From: Paraphysomonas bandaiensis
Taxonomy: Eukaryota; Protista; Chrysophyceae
Direction of reading: 5' to 3'
DNA: 64,000 nucleotides
Assembly: GCA_965644295.1 (NCBI GenBank)
Contig: CBFFRP010000371.1
Location: forward strand, 124,001-188,000
The notes below the pieces were generated by a model. The model was not told the DNA's origin. It did no database searches and was given only the letters and a program-made list of their open reading frames with translations. Shown here piece after piece: positions 26,026 to 38,087 of the stretch. A program made the position numbers and the translations under genes. Positions within the stretch are counted from its first letter, which is position 1, and the number at the start of each line of letters is the position of its first letter.

Positions 26026-26340
26026 TGATGTATGTATGTATGTATGTATGTATGTATGTATGTATGTATGTATGTATGTATGTATGTATGTATGTATGTA
26101 TGTATGTATGTATGTATGTATGTATGTATGTATGTATGTATGTATGTACGTATGTATGTATGTATGTATGTATGTATGTATGTATGTATGTATGTATGTA
26201 TGTATGTATGTATGTATGTATGTATGTATGTATGTATGTATGTATGTACGTATGTATGTATGTATGTATGTATGTATGTATGTATGTATGTATGTATGTA
26301 TGTATGTATGTATGTATGTATGTACGTATGTATATGTATG
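26026..26340. repeat. (TATG)n microsatellite, about 315 bp
   Basis: Seen directly, with TACG variants at 26147, 26247 and 26323. It explains the spurious MYVC/HTYI ORFs. Confidence 0.98.
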
Positions 26341-26542
26341 CTGTGCAATTTCACCAGAAAAAAACAATATAGTATGTCCTCCTAAACCCTAATTCCCTAT
26401 ATGTAGGAATTCCTAGTATGATGATACGAACGAAGATACCCATCCATTGTGCGTGTGTGTGTTACAACTACACATATCACCATATATAATGGTTTACATA
26501 GCAACACTTTTTATTATATTCATATACAATCAATTTGCCCCT

Positions 26543-28027
26543 ATGGGTCTTTGTTCATCTCTTCCCCAACTCTCTAATGATTCTCGTCCTTCTGGAATAT
26601 GTGTATTGGAAGTAATCCGTGCGGAGCATCTACCTAACATGGATGTAGGGTCCCTCACAGATCCTTATGTTAAACTCTGCTTCCTGGATAATTCAAATAA
26701 CACCAGTAAACTCAATGGTATCCGATTAAAATCTCTCACTCGAATGAATACACTTGATCCAGTGTTTCATTCATATCTTGCGTTTCCATTCATACCTTCA
26801 GATGATGATATCCTGTTAATCAAAGTGGGTGATGAAGATGTCAGCAATAGAGATGATAGAATTGGCTCGGCATCAGTACCATTTCGTACGATTAAGAATG
26901 CATCGGAACCACTCACTGTGGAGTTGGATATGTTGACTAAATTGAATAGTGAAGATGGGATGAAATCTAGCGTTACTCTACGTTTAGTTCATTGCGGTCC
27001 AACTCCTTTAGAAAATACACGCAAGGAGATATTTGTTATACGGCACGGCGAGTCTAAGTGGAATGTGGGTCAGGCAAGTGGTAATGTTAAGGGTATGGTT
27101 TCTCAGTATGATCATGAGCTGACATCTGTGGGTATCGCTCAAGCACAAGATTTCAACACGAGGTGGAAAGCTGCACGAGATTTGCATATTAAATCCAGTG
27201 AAAATGGCTCCAGTGCCACATCAACGCATGATACATGTAAACAAGAAGACACAAGCGATATAGTTTCAGATGACAGTAGATCGCCTGAGAAGACCACCTG
27301 TGAAGTGCCGGTCCATGATGCGAACGCAGAACATGATCTCGATTTCGAGTCATTCCTTTCTGCTGAACAAATATTCGCATCTCCACTTACACGTGCTACG
27401 CAAACTGCATTATTGACATGTGAAGGTCATCCCTTGATGGCTACTCAAGGTATCACTCTTCTACGCAACCTGAGAGAAATTAAAAATTTTGGATCCTTTG
27501 ATACTGTCGGCAAGTATTCCGGAACTGATATAGTGGACCACGTGAAGGATGTATTGGCAAAGGATATTGGGGAAGACCGAGCCAATGAATTAATGGTTGA
27601 TATCAATTACAATGACTCAGTCGGACCTTGGTGGACACCCCTTGAAGTAAAAGAGAGTAAAGAAGACATTCGACGGAGGTTTGAAGACCTGTGGTCGTTC
27701 TTGAGATTTGGAACTACGGCAAATACGATAATTCTTGTAGGCCATTCTCACTTCTTTCGTTATATGCTTCACACACATATGTCGGACGAGTTCCGCCAAC
27801 GCGATCCACAATGGACAGCGATACTTGACAAAGCCAAACTCGACAATGGCGCGTGTATGAAACTCTCTGTAGAGTGGGATGCGCAGCTTCCGCCAATGAC
27901 ACCACCGGTTATCCACAATGCACACCTCGTTTTCGGATCTCGTTTATCTGGAGAAAATGATGGATTCACGTCATCTGAATCTATTACAGTTGATATCAGT
28001 GCATCTGAATCGAACACATCGCAGTAG
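26543..28027 (+). CDS. C2 domain plus histidine phosphatase (phosphoglycerate-mutase family) fusion
   Basis: Starts MGLCSS. The C2 part reads 'AEHLPNMDVGSLTDPYVKL...TLDPVF..GDED...DDRIG'. The phosphatase part has IRHGES, SPLTRATQT, LRE and LVGHS. Confidence 0.88.
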   Translation: MGLCSSLPQLSNDSRPSGICVLEVIRAEHLPNMDVGSLTDPYVKLCFLDNSNNTSKLNGIRLKSLTRMNTLDPVFHSYLAFPFIPSDDDILLIKVGDEDVSNRDDRIGSASVPFRTIKNASEPLTVELDMLTKLNSEDGMKSSVTLRLVHCGPTPLENTRKEIFVIRHGESKWNVGQASGNVKGMVSQYDHELTSVGIAQAQDFNTRWKAARDLHIKSSENGSSATSTHDTCKQEDTSDIVSDDSRSPEKTTCEVPVHDANAEHDLDFESFLSAEQIFASPLTRATQTALLTCEGHPLMATQGITLLRNLREIKNFGSFDTVGKYSGTDIVDHVKDVLAKDIGEDRANELMVDINYNDSVGPWWTPLEVKESKEDIRRRFEDLWSFLRFGTTANTIILVGHSHFFRYMLHTHMSDEFRQRDPQWTAILDKAKLDNGACMKLSVEWDAQLPPMTPPVIHNAHLVFGSRLSGENDGFTSSESITVDISASESNTSQ

Positions 28028-29695
28028 TGTTAAATACTGAGCGATGTGGAGACCGTATTGCTATTGTGTTATGTGCGTTGTATACTAGCACGTGCTGTGG
28101 ATTGATTCCCGAAGTAAACACTTTTTAATAGCCTGTACGTAATGTGTTTGTACAACACGTTATATTGTTAAGTAAATTAATAGCTGACATGGTGATGAAT
28201 TTAAACATCGAAAGAAGAAGTTATACTGTTGACTAATGAAATGTCTGATAATCAGTAGATTATTTCGACGTCTCAATTAGTACAGTACTTGTAATACTAA
28301 AGAATACTAATTTGTGGGGCACTTCTGTTGATATACCGGTGAGCAATTTTACTACAACTGTATAAATTTTTACCGTTATTATTAGTAGTAGTATAATTAT
28401 TCTGAACTGTAAGTAAAATTGCTTGATCGATTACTAAATATAGATTACAACTAGTAGGTAAGTTAAAATTTATTTGGGTGAATATTTTAGTTATCAATCA
28501 GTGTAAAACCTAAATGAAGTAAATCTCAACTTCTTGGAACATTTATCCCTCTCATTTAGTAACCCACTTTCACCACCGATTAAATTAAAGCATCATGTTC
28601 TTCTTGTTGCTAGATAGGTTCATTTTTAAATTTATTCCCCGAAGTTACTAGGTCTTGAACTCATTGCATTACATCTAGTCCATCTAAAACCAAAGACTCT
28701 GGAGATTAGTGGTAACACCTCTACCATTAGGCTCTATAGATGCAGGTACAGAAATAAAAACACGACAAATATCATAGCCATCCACACCACCTTCCAGCAG
28801 TTCAACAATACACACTGAAACATAATTCTCCCACCCAGTCTTCAGCTATACATCGAATCGAAATCGAATACCCTTAGTTGGTTTCACATACATGCTCATT
28901 AAAATTTGAACGGTTTCTATATAGGAGAGTCCCGTTACATTAGAGAAGCATCTCTAGACCTGTTGTCCGATCACATCATTTATCACTATCATAATCAGAT
29001 TCACACCGTACAGCTACGTTCAAAGCATCTTCATTACTATTGAATTAGAATATACCTTGTATTGAACTCATACCCAGTCTATCAGATGATGAGAACATCA
29101 TTGTTTCACCTGATCTACGTATCCAGCACTGGGTCAGTGTTCCGACAACATTATATCGTTTATGACGTGGGATGTAGACTGACTCCTGACATTAATCATA
29201 TGATTAGTTGTAGTTTCATCCACTGTATATTTCATTAACGTCCATCGAATGAAATTCCATAGCAAACAAGCCCAATATTGAGACTTGTCCTGGACATTGA
29301 CTGGGTAGATACTGAGAGTGGATATTTCTAATGGATATTGTGGATATTCGGATAATAGTTTGTATTTTTCGAGAGTGGTGGCAGGATCACACTGACTGCA
29401 TGTCCTACAAATGTCCTGAAGTCAGGCCATAAGTGTATTCTGAGTATACAAAGGGTATTATCTATTATACAACTATACATCTACTACAGTGTATATAGTA
29501 AACAGCAGCCGTACACTGCTATGTGGAGTCGAGTCTGTACACCGCATACTTGATCTCATCCACCATCACTGTATGTACATACATATATATATATATATAT
29601 CGTGTAAACCTCTTCTCATTACTTCCACTAATTACATCCCCTTAATCAAAACCATAACATCACAAATCATTCAAATTCAAATTAACAAACATAAT

Positions 29696-32025
29696 ATGGT
29701 TAAAATTTTAATATGTGGTTCTGTAAATAGTGAATGGAAACTTTTTTATAATAAAATTACAACATTACAAAAATCATCCCATGGTCCATTTGATGTTGTA
29801 TTATGTATAGGAAATTTTTATAATAATTTTAATGAATTTGTTAATTCATTAAAAAATAATGAAATTGAATTCATTATACCAACATATATATGTGATAATT
29901 GTAATGGTATGACTGATAATGATCTACCTACTAATGCTCATTGGCTGCCTGCATGTGGTGTATCTACTATACAAGGATTATCTATTGTTACATTGCAACA
30001 TAACTATGATAAAGAACAATATCAACAGTTATATAATACAGTTAATCATATATCATGTGATCTTCTATTAACATCTGATTGGCCTGTGGGTATGGAGCAC
30101 GGACTACCAGACAGGTATATCTACTCTATAGATATCTATATACTAATATCATTAATGTTATATAATAATACAGTGAACTACAGGCATTACGTAATCTTGG
30201 ATATGATTCATCAGTATGCAGTTCATTTTCTTCAGATGTGTCGTCTCTAGCAGCATCTTTGTGCCCTCGTTACCACATGTGCTCCTCTTCATCCCTTCCA
30301 GTATTCTACCAGCGTATACCTTATAGTCAACAAGAACCAGATACACGGGCTTGGTTTACTAGATTTATATCTCTGTCTAAAGCTTCTTCCTCAAAGGATA
30401 AGACTGTGAAATGGGTTCATGCGCTTTCTGTCACCCCCTGCGCCACTGCACCACCACAGTCACTGATAGCTGACCTTTCTGTTCCCCACACCCCCTGCCC
30501 GTACAAACAGCACAGCCATCCTGAGTCTCTGGAAGAGCCTGGGCGAAAAAAAGCTCGCTTAGAGGATTCTACCGGTGGTACTTTTTTTTTTGGTGACATG
30601 GGAGTTTCACGCTCTGCTGATAATGGAGGACATCGCAAGCCTCCACCCACTGCGGACTGTCGTACACTATACATCGGGGGCCTGAGTGCTGGAGTACGTG
30701 AAAGAGATATTTCAGACGCATTGCCAGGGTCGAAAGTCGTACGACAGCCCCCTGGAAAAAATTTTGCATTTGTGGAATTCGAAAGCCATGCCAGTGCTGC
30801 AGGTATTTTGGAGCGAGCAGCGACAGCTGTAGGTGTGTCTGTGAGGAATAGACCTGTTACTGTGGGGTGGGCCAACAACGAAGGGCCTTCTTCAGTGTCA
30901 AACAGAGATAATGGAGAGCGAAGCGCACTTACGACCCCGCCGTCATCTGAATGCCGTACACTGTTCATTGGTGGACTTCCTCCTGCGGGAGGAGAGGATG
31001 ATGACCGTATTAAAAGTGAACTCCTGACTATGCTTAAAGGTTCTCAGGAGGTGCATAGAATCTCTGGGAAAACTTTTGCATTTGTTGAGTTTGATTCCCA
31101 CCATTCTGCCTCTGCAGTGGTTGAAGCTTTTTCTTCAGGGTCATTCAGTTTTACCGTATCTAGTGGCGGGAGGCGATGTGATCTGATTGTCGGATGGTCC
31201 AAGGGAGAGGGCCGTGGGGATGCACCAAGTGCGGACTGTTGGTTCTGTTTGGCATCCCCATCCGTGAAGGTTCACCTCGTTGTGAGTGTATCAAATCACA
31301 TGTATCTGTCCTTGCCAAGGGGCGGTGTTACAGACTTTCATGTGCTAGCCATACCTATTGAGTGTGTGAACTCGAGATTAAAGATTTCACCAGGTGCGGC
31401 GGAAAGCCTTTCAAGTTATAAAGTGAATAATTTGTGATATATAGGGGCGGCTGTGGACTTGGATCGCTATCAGATTGCACTAGAGAAGATGTTCGAATCA
31501 CTTGGCATGACATCTATCCGATATGAGAGAGCGTTGCGTACCCGTGGACGGGATCATATGCAAGTCCATATAGTTCCTATTATGAAACAGCACGCCCATC
31601 GAGCTATTCCTACATTCTTGCAAACTGCCAGCAAGTACAGTCTACAATTTCATGAGATAACGGTAAGAGTTAAGGCAGATAGGAATGTGAATTCACACTA
31701 TGATCAGGGAAATGTTGATCTGGCGGATGTGTTAAGTGGGAGTGGTGGAAATGCTTTGCAAGGGGGACCCTACGAAGAGTATTTCTACATAGAGCTTCCG
31801 ATTTCGGGGTCAGATGAGAAACGAAAATTTGTGTTTGTAAAAGACAGAAGCTTTATCCGCGACAAGTCAGCAAAATTTCCGATGCAGTTCGGGTCAGAGG
31901 TGTCTGCAGTAGCAATAGATAGGCCGGATAGGGCAAACTGGAAGAATTGCGCTCTCACTGAAGACCAGGAGAAAGAACTATGTGCAAACTTTCAAAGTGT
32001 ATTTGAGTCATTTGATTTCAATTAA
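29696..32025 (+). CDS. CWF19L1: CWF19-like protein 1 (Drn1/CWF19L1) with two RRMs
   Basis: An N-terminal pseudo-metallophosphoesterase (KILICGSV, GPFDVVLCIGNF, DLLLTSDWP, PRYH), two RRMs (LYIGGL..NFAFVEF) and a CwfJ region (CWFCLASP.V..HL, HMQVH, FPMQFG, RANWKNC). Confidence 0.9.
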
Positions 32026-33280
32026 AAGATTTAGTAACTATTAATTAGTACAGTGCGTGGTTCAACTACAAAATAAATTTTCTGTGTAAGGGTTTGTGAT
32101 TTTGCACTAAGAATAAGGAGAGTGCTTATGTGTTGGGCTTGATTAATCGATAAAAGTTGTTGTAGTGATCATGTCTACGCAAGTGAGTTGAAAACAGGAC
32201 ATGTATTATGCGAGTATCCCTACGAGTCACAATATGACGACTTTGTATCTTAGTAGTATTATATGAATAAATATAGTTCGGAATACAACCATCAATTACA
32301 TTAGAATTGCAAGAAATATAGATTCGAGGCGAGAGAAGAGAATAAGACTCGTGAACACTCGATACATGCGAGAGAGCAATACAACTACACCTACCTCCAG
32401 TTCTTTACTTGTTGCCGTGAATCACAAATACTATTCCTATGATAATTCTCACAAGGAAAATGATACGTAGACAGAGCTACGTGCTATGTCCAATATTCCC
32501 TCATCAAACTAATATGAGGCAGAATTGACGTCGAACTCAATCTGGTGCAACAACTCTCCCTTCTGCTCAGTACATCCTGGTATTCGCGTGTACATTTCTG
32601 GATGTCCTGCGAACTGAATCGGATGATGGCGATCCTTTAAGAATCACATTTCTCCAGAACCCTAACCATTCCACATCACCTCATCTATATCCTTTGATGT
32701 AGCCATATGGCTTCACAATCTGAATCTGTATTTTTATCTTTTTAATATTCAGTTTAACATCAATGAATTTTCTCATGAGTGTATTATTAATAAGGGTCTC
32801 ACGTACTCTCAATTCATTGGTCTCTTTCTGAGAAGTAGAAGATGAAGTCTTTACTCCATCGCATTCATGTCTTCAGCGTTGCAATAGCTGGCTATAACAT
32901 TAAGCGAGATGATACATTAACAAAGATACTACCCAACAACATGATCCATCCAACCTTATGTACATGTATGTATGTACAGTATGTAGGTGCTTGTAGGCAG
33001 AGCTGAAGTATGTAGAACAGTACCAAGTATGTACGAAGTGTACTGCTGTAGGTGGGTGTGTATATTCAAACAGGTCACGATGAAATCCTCTATTTTTGTT
33101 CTCTCAAAACTTATAATTTACTAATTTTCTCATGATTTCTAGCCGTCCATATACTCTCCATAGTCACTATATATGCATGTATCTAGAATAATATGAAGCA
33201 ATTGCACTTACTCTTAAGTGCTTCTATCGGCTACAAGGCCATACTATCAACATCAATCAACATCATTCAATAACATAATA

Positions 33281-35927
33281 ATGGCACATCATATTCGAAA
33301 GAATACTTTATCATATATCAAACTATCCAATGCTCCAGTTAACGGTAACTACCTTCTATAATCATATACAATTCTTAGTAACACACACATGTATATATAC
33401 AGCACTCTCATTATCTGTTCGTGATAGTTTATTAAGATGTATTGAAGAAGTTTATAAAGATAAACCTAATGGGCTTATTATATATGGAGATGGGAAACAT
33501 TTTTGTGCAGGTGCTGATATTAAGGAGCTTGCAAGAGGGAAGCATCTACAGGCTCCTCCTATGAAACAAGTAAGAAGATAGATCATATCATATAATAGAA
33601 TTTAATTTATTATAATAGATTGTTGCAGCACTTGATGAGTTTGATATACCAGTTGTAGCTCTCATGCAGGGAGCTACCCTTGGATGGGGGTTGGAGCTTG
33701 CATTGGCATGTCACTGGCGTGTTGCATCACCAACAGTGTCTTTAGGGTTCCCAGAGGTTAATTTGGGATTAATTGGAGGTAAGATATTATAGATGATATA
33801 GTGCATGACTGTTCCTATCGACTCTATTGATTGTGTATTTTGTTCTGAAAATATTATTGTGGGAACAGGTACAGGAGGGTCTCAACGCCTTCCTCGCCTC
33901 ATAGGACTAGAGAGGGCCTCCAGTATGCTCGTCAGTGGAAAGCATATAGGAGCCAAAGAGGCAGTGGATATTGGTCTTCTGGACTACATTACAACGGACA
34001 ATCTCGAGTGCAGTGATAGTGTAGAGACTGTTGCTCAGAGGTTTCTTTTCTCCGATACGGTTGCTGGCACATCTGTTGAATCTAGACGCTTGTCGCTGCG
34101 ACCACCTCCGGGTACTACATTCACAGCATTATCGAGTATTATATATATATTATGAAATAATAGTGTTATAGTTTTTTTACAATTACCTTATGCGTGAAGT
34201 TTTATGAGTATTCCTTGTAGCTGATATGTCTGCCGTGGAACTGGAAACCCGTACAAAGGCTGTCGTGTCCTCATCTCGCGGCCTACGTTCCCCTGTAGCT
34301 GCAGCCGAAGCAGTGCGAGCATCTACTCTCCCATTTGAGCAAGGTCTTCGAAAGGAGTGGGAACTCTTTGCTGCTTTGTCCGTAAGTCCTCAGACGGCAG
34401 CACTACAATATCAGCATTTCTCCGAACGAGCTATGTGGAGCAGCCCTACGTTACCCAATAGTACGACAGTGCCGCAAATAGACTCGGTTGGAGTAGTCGG
34501 GGGAGGAAGAGTGGGGATCGACATATCGTTATCTCTGGTTAAGGCTGGTATACCTGTAACTTTGGTTGAGACCAGCTACAGCAAATCACGGGCTGTCGTA
34601 GACACAATAATCGATTCTCTGAAAAAGTGCTCAGATGTCACCGGTTGTGAAGTGGATAAACTATGTTCACTTATCACTCCCGCGCAAGACATTGCTGCTC
34701 TGCAGAATGTTGATATTGTAATCGAGGCAATCCACGATGATCTTGCAGAGAAGAGGCAGGTATTCAGGCAGTTGGACGCAGTGTGTAAGCAGGACACTGT
34801 CCTGACGAGCACATCATCCTATTTCGATGTCGGTGATATAGGCAGCGCAACCACGAGGTCTCGATTTGTTGTGGGCACACGTGAGTATATCACGGATATA
34901 TTTCTGTATGTCATACCACATTTGCCCGCAAGTATATGTATCGCTTTGGAAAGTTATTATAACATACAGTTTTCTGTAGATTTTTTGGCTCCTACTAATG
35001 CAGCAGGGGTGCTGGAGATTGTGCGAGGAAAAGAAACCGCCCCAGAAGCGCTAGCAACATGTAAAATGTTGGCAAAGCGCCTTGGAAATATCCCGCTACA
35101 TATCTCATTTCCACCAGCTTTCGTGGGAGGTCGTATATTCGGAGCGGCGTACAGAGAGGCCCTAGTGATGATTGGGGAGGGGGCTACTCCAATTCAGATA
35201 GATGCCGCTCTTAAGAATGAAGTAGGTCTAGCTATGGGATTATTCGAAATTGCAGATATGATGGGAAATGATAGCCCATGGACAATGGGTGCATACGGTG
35301 GGGATGAGGAAAGTGATACACACAACACCCCCTTTGATATGCACGGTAAGATGTGTGAGAAAGGGTGGATAGGACAGAAATCTGGCAAGGGATGGTATAT
35401 TTACGATTCGAAGACTTCAAAAGAGCCCTCGCAAAATCCGGATCTTTCTGATCTTATTAGTCAGCTCAGAGCGGATATGGTAGGAAAGTTTTCATGTTAG
35501 TATACGCTGTTCTAATATGCGTACTTTACAGAGTAATGAGATTCGGGAAGTTACAACTAAAGAAATAGTCGAACGTTGCATGTTTTCTCTTGTCAATGAG
35601 GCGTTCAGAGTCCTGGATGAGGGAATCGTTGGGCCATCGCATATTGATCTCTTATTTGCTCGTGGGTTTGGGTTTCCACGCCACAAGGGTGGTCCTTTGT
35701 AAGTCGGTTTGATACATAGATACGATTTCAATGATATTTGTTTTAGATGGTGGGCAGAGCGAGAGATTGGTCTAACGAAATTATTTCAGAGTCTCCAGAG
35801 TTATTTTGATAAAAACCCCAAGAGACATTGGCTCAAACCCTCAAAGTTTTTGGGTGATGTAGTCGAATCCGGATCTAGTGTGAAGGAAGAGCTATATTTC
35901 AGGAATTTAAATAACAAAAAACGGTAG
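33281..35927 (+). CDS. Bifunctional enoyl-CoA hydratase / 3-hydroxyacyl-CoA dehydrogenase (EHHADH/FadB-like), multi-exon
   Basis: Contains NAPVNAL, FCAGADIKE, GLELALACHWR, PEVNLGLI, GGSQRLPRLIG, Rossmann GVVGGG, IEAI.DDL..K, GQKSGKGWY and GFGFP..KGGP. The 5' end may extend upstream. Confidence 0.9.
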
Positions 35928-36353
35928 AGGATACATATACTGTGTTATAAGGGAACTAGGAGTTAGAAGTTTCTTATAATGTAATAATACTAGATACTAG
36001 ATAAAATACAGTCAATGTTAAAGTATTGATTGCCCTGTGTTCCATGGAAATTCGATAACTAGATAACTAGAGACTTTCCTCCACTGTGTTGTCGCGGTAG
36101 CATCTGTTATAATTCTACGACGAATAGTACGCATAGAATACGTTTAAGACAAGGCTCGTAGTATTGCTTTAATTATCCTGGAAATCCCAAGATGTTTAGG
36201 AAGCATAATATCATGTATCCAAGGATTGGTGATCGTTAACATAGTCCTTTATATATCGAACACTACCAAACACTATGAAAAGTATTCACAACTAAAATCA
36301 GCTGCGCCATTCCAAAAAATCATACAATGTGAGTACACTTAATTTATCTCAGC

Positions 36354-37344
36354 TTACAGTAGTTTCTGGGTAACTGCCGCACCCACAAGGCCCGCTTCAC
36401 TAATAGTAAGCGACACATTGGAGATGTTCTGGGGAGGAAACCCTGCAGCCAAAACGTACGGTGTATCGGGCTCTCCATCTGAGCTGCGAATCATTGCTAC
36501 CATGTCGAGAACGGTATGAGTATGGTTCAGTCTGCATACATTATATCATCATACCAAGTAAAACTAATATACAAGGCCTGTACTCACTTTAGTTTCAACT
36601 TTTTGCCATTACTTAGCTTGACCTGCAAGACAGTTGTAGGGGAAGACGTATCAAGTGGAGGTGGTTGATGGGTTACTGCTCCAGGCACTATCACATATCC
36701 ACCCGACTCTGCTCCTGTATCACCAAGGGTCATTGCCTCGCCAGAGTAGGCCACATAAGGTGGAGGAGTCGGAGCACGATAATTTTCCCCCCTTTTATCC
36801 TCCAGACCAATGCGAACTTCTCCCCCTTTTGCCTCCGCTTGTAACTACACACACCAAGATATACCGATGAATACTGTAGCAATTTACAACTCCTCCTTAC
36901 CTCTCGTGGCACATAACCATCTGATAAGGTAGCTAGGAACTGTTTATTTTCCGGCAACTCTGCATCTCTAAACTCTCCATCATCTACCGTAAATCCATTC
37001 TTATACAGTGTAATCTTTCGCATATCACTTGAAGGTGTGACTTCAGATCCAATATCTTTTGTATCACCCATTGCATTGTTAACGATTCTCTGCATAGGAT
37101 CCTTTGGACCAGATGGAGCCACTACATTTAATCCACTTCCACCACTTTCAATACCACCGACATAATATTCATTTTTCTTATCTTTTTCTTCCTAATTAAT
37201 AATAAAATTATTAGTATATATATATATGTATGTATGTATATGTATATGTATGTATATGTAAGCATATGTGTATGTGTGTATGAGATTATCATGGAGGCAT
37301 ACCTCTTCTCTACGGAGTCTATCGAATGAGGAGATGTTACTCAT
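36354..37344 (-). CDS. NSFL1C: p47/Shp1-like SEP plus UBX domain p97 cofactor
   Basis: Contains EYYVGG..SGLNV, ITLYKNGFTVDDG..FL..L..GYVPRE (SEP) and a UBX-like 'TTVLQVKLSNGK..LNHTHTV...GFPP..EAGLVGAAVTQK'. It lacks the N-terminal UBA. Confidence 0.85.
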
Positions 37345-38087
37345 ATTATCAGATGATATATTAATATAATGAATTGTATGGAGAGTGTGTTCTGATTATT
37401 GTATGAGTTTCTTATAGAGTTGGAGGAATGGAATGTGAAGCTTCTATATGAATATATACCGTATCGGCATCGTTTATATATTTTTGAACAAAAATGCCTC
37501 ATATATTGAGACAGCAATTCTCTGTATTCCAGCCGTAGTTGTATTGCAGTAATTTAGAGAATATTTGCTTCAACTAATTCCCGAAAAATAAGATGGTGAC
37601 TGCCTATATGACGTACATCACACACACAGTACATATCCTATGCATTGACTATATGAGTATATACATACATCATACAGTGCATATCCTATGCATGGTCCTC
37701 TACAATACAGTACCATCTACACCATACTACTGTACTACTGTACTACTACGTACAAATATACAATACAACTGCACTGCTGTCATTGGACAATTCTCCTACC
37801 ACCGTATACCATGTATATACCGTATAGTGACAGTACTTCAGTACAACTACAGCTGTACATAATGATGCATCATATACCACATACAGCACACTACAATATA
37901 GATATACATCCATACAGTAGTACCATATACGGCACCAATAAACACTCACCTCTCACGCATTGCGCAACATACATACATACACACATATATATATACATCC
38001 ACACCATAACCCTCCATCCACAAGACACATATTATATACCACCCTAATCAACCTGTGTATATTACAGGACATTATAAATAGTTCATA

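Noticed and set aside
25974-26392. Five ORFs of MYVC/HTYI repeats
   Set aside because: They are translations of the TATG microsatellite.
32280-32900. Possible transposase relic
   Set aside because: No recognisable motif or terminus could be supported.
37593-38047. Y/T/I/H-rich ORFs (also 2972-3294 and 50704-50991)
   Set aside because: They are low-complexity promoter DNA between divergent genes and show no protein motifs.
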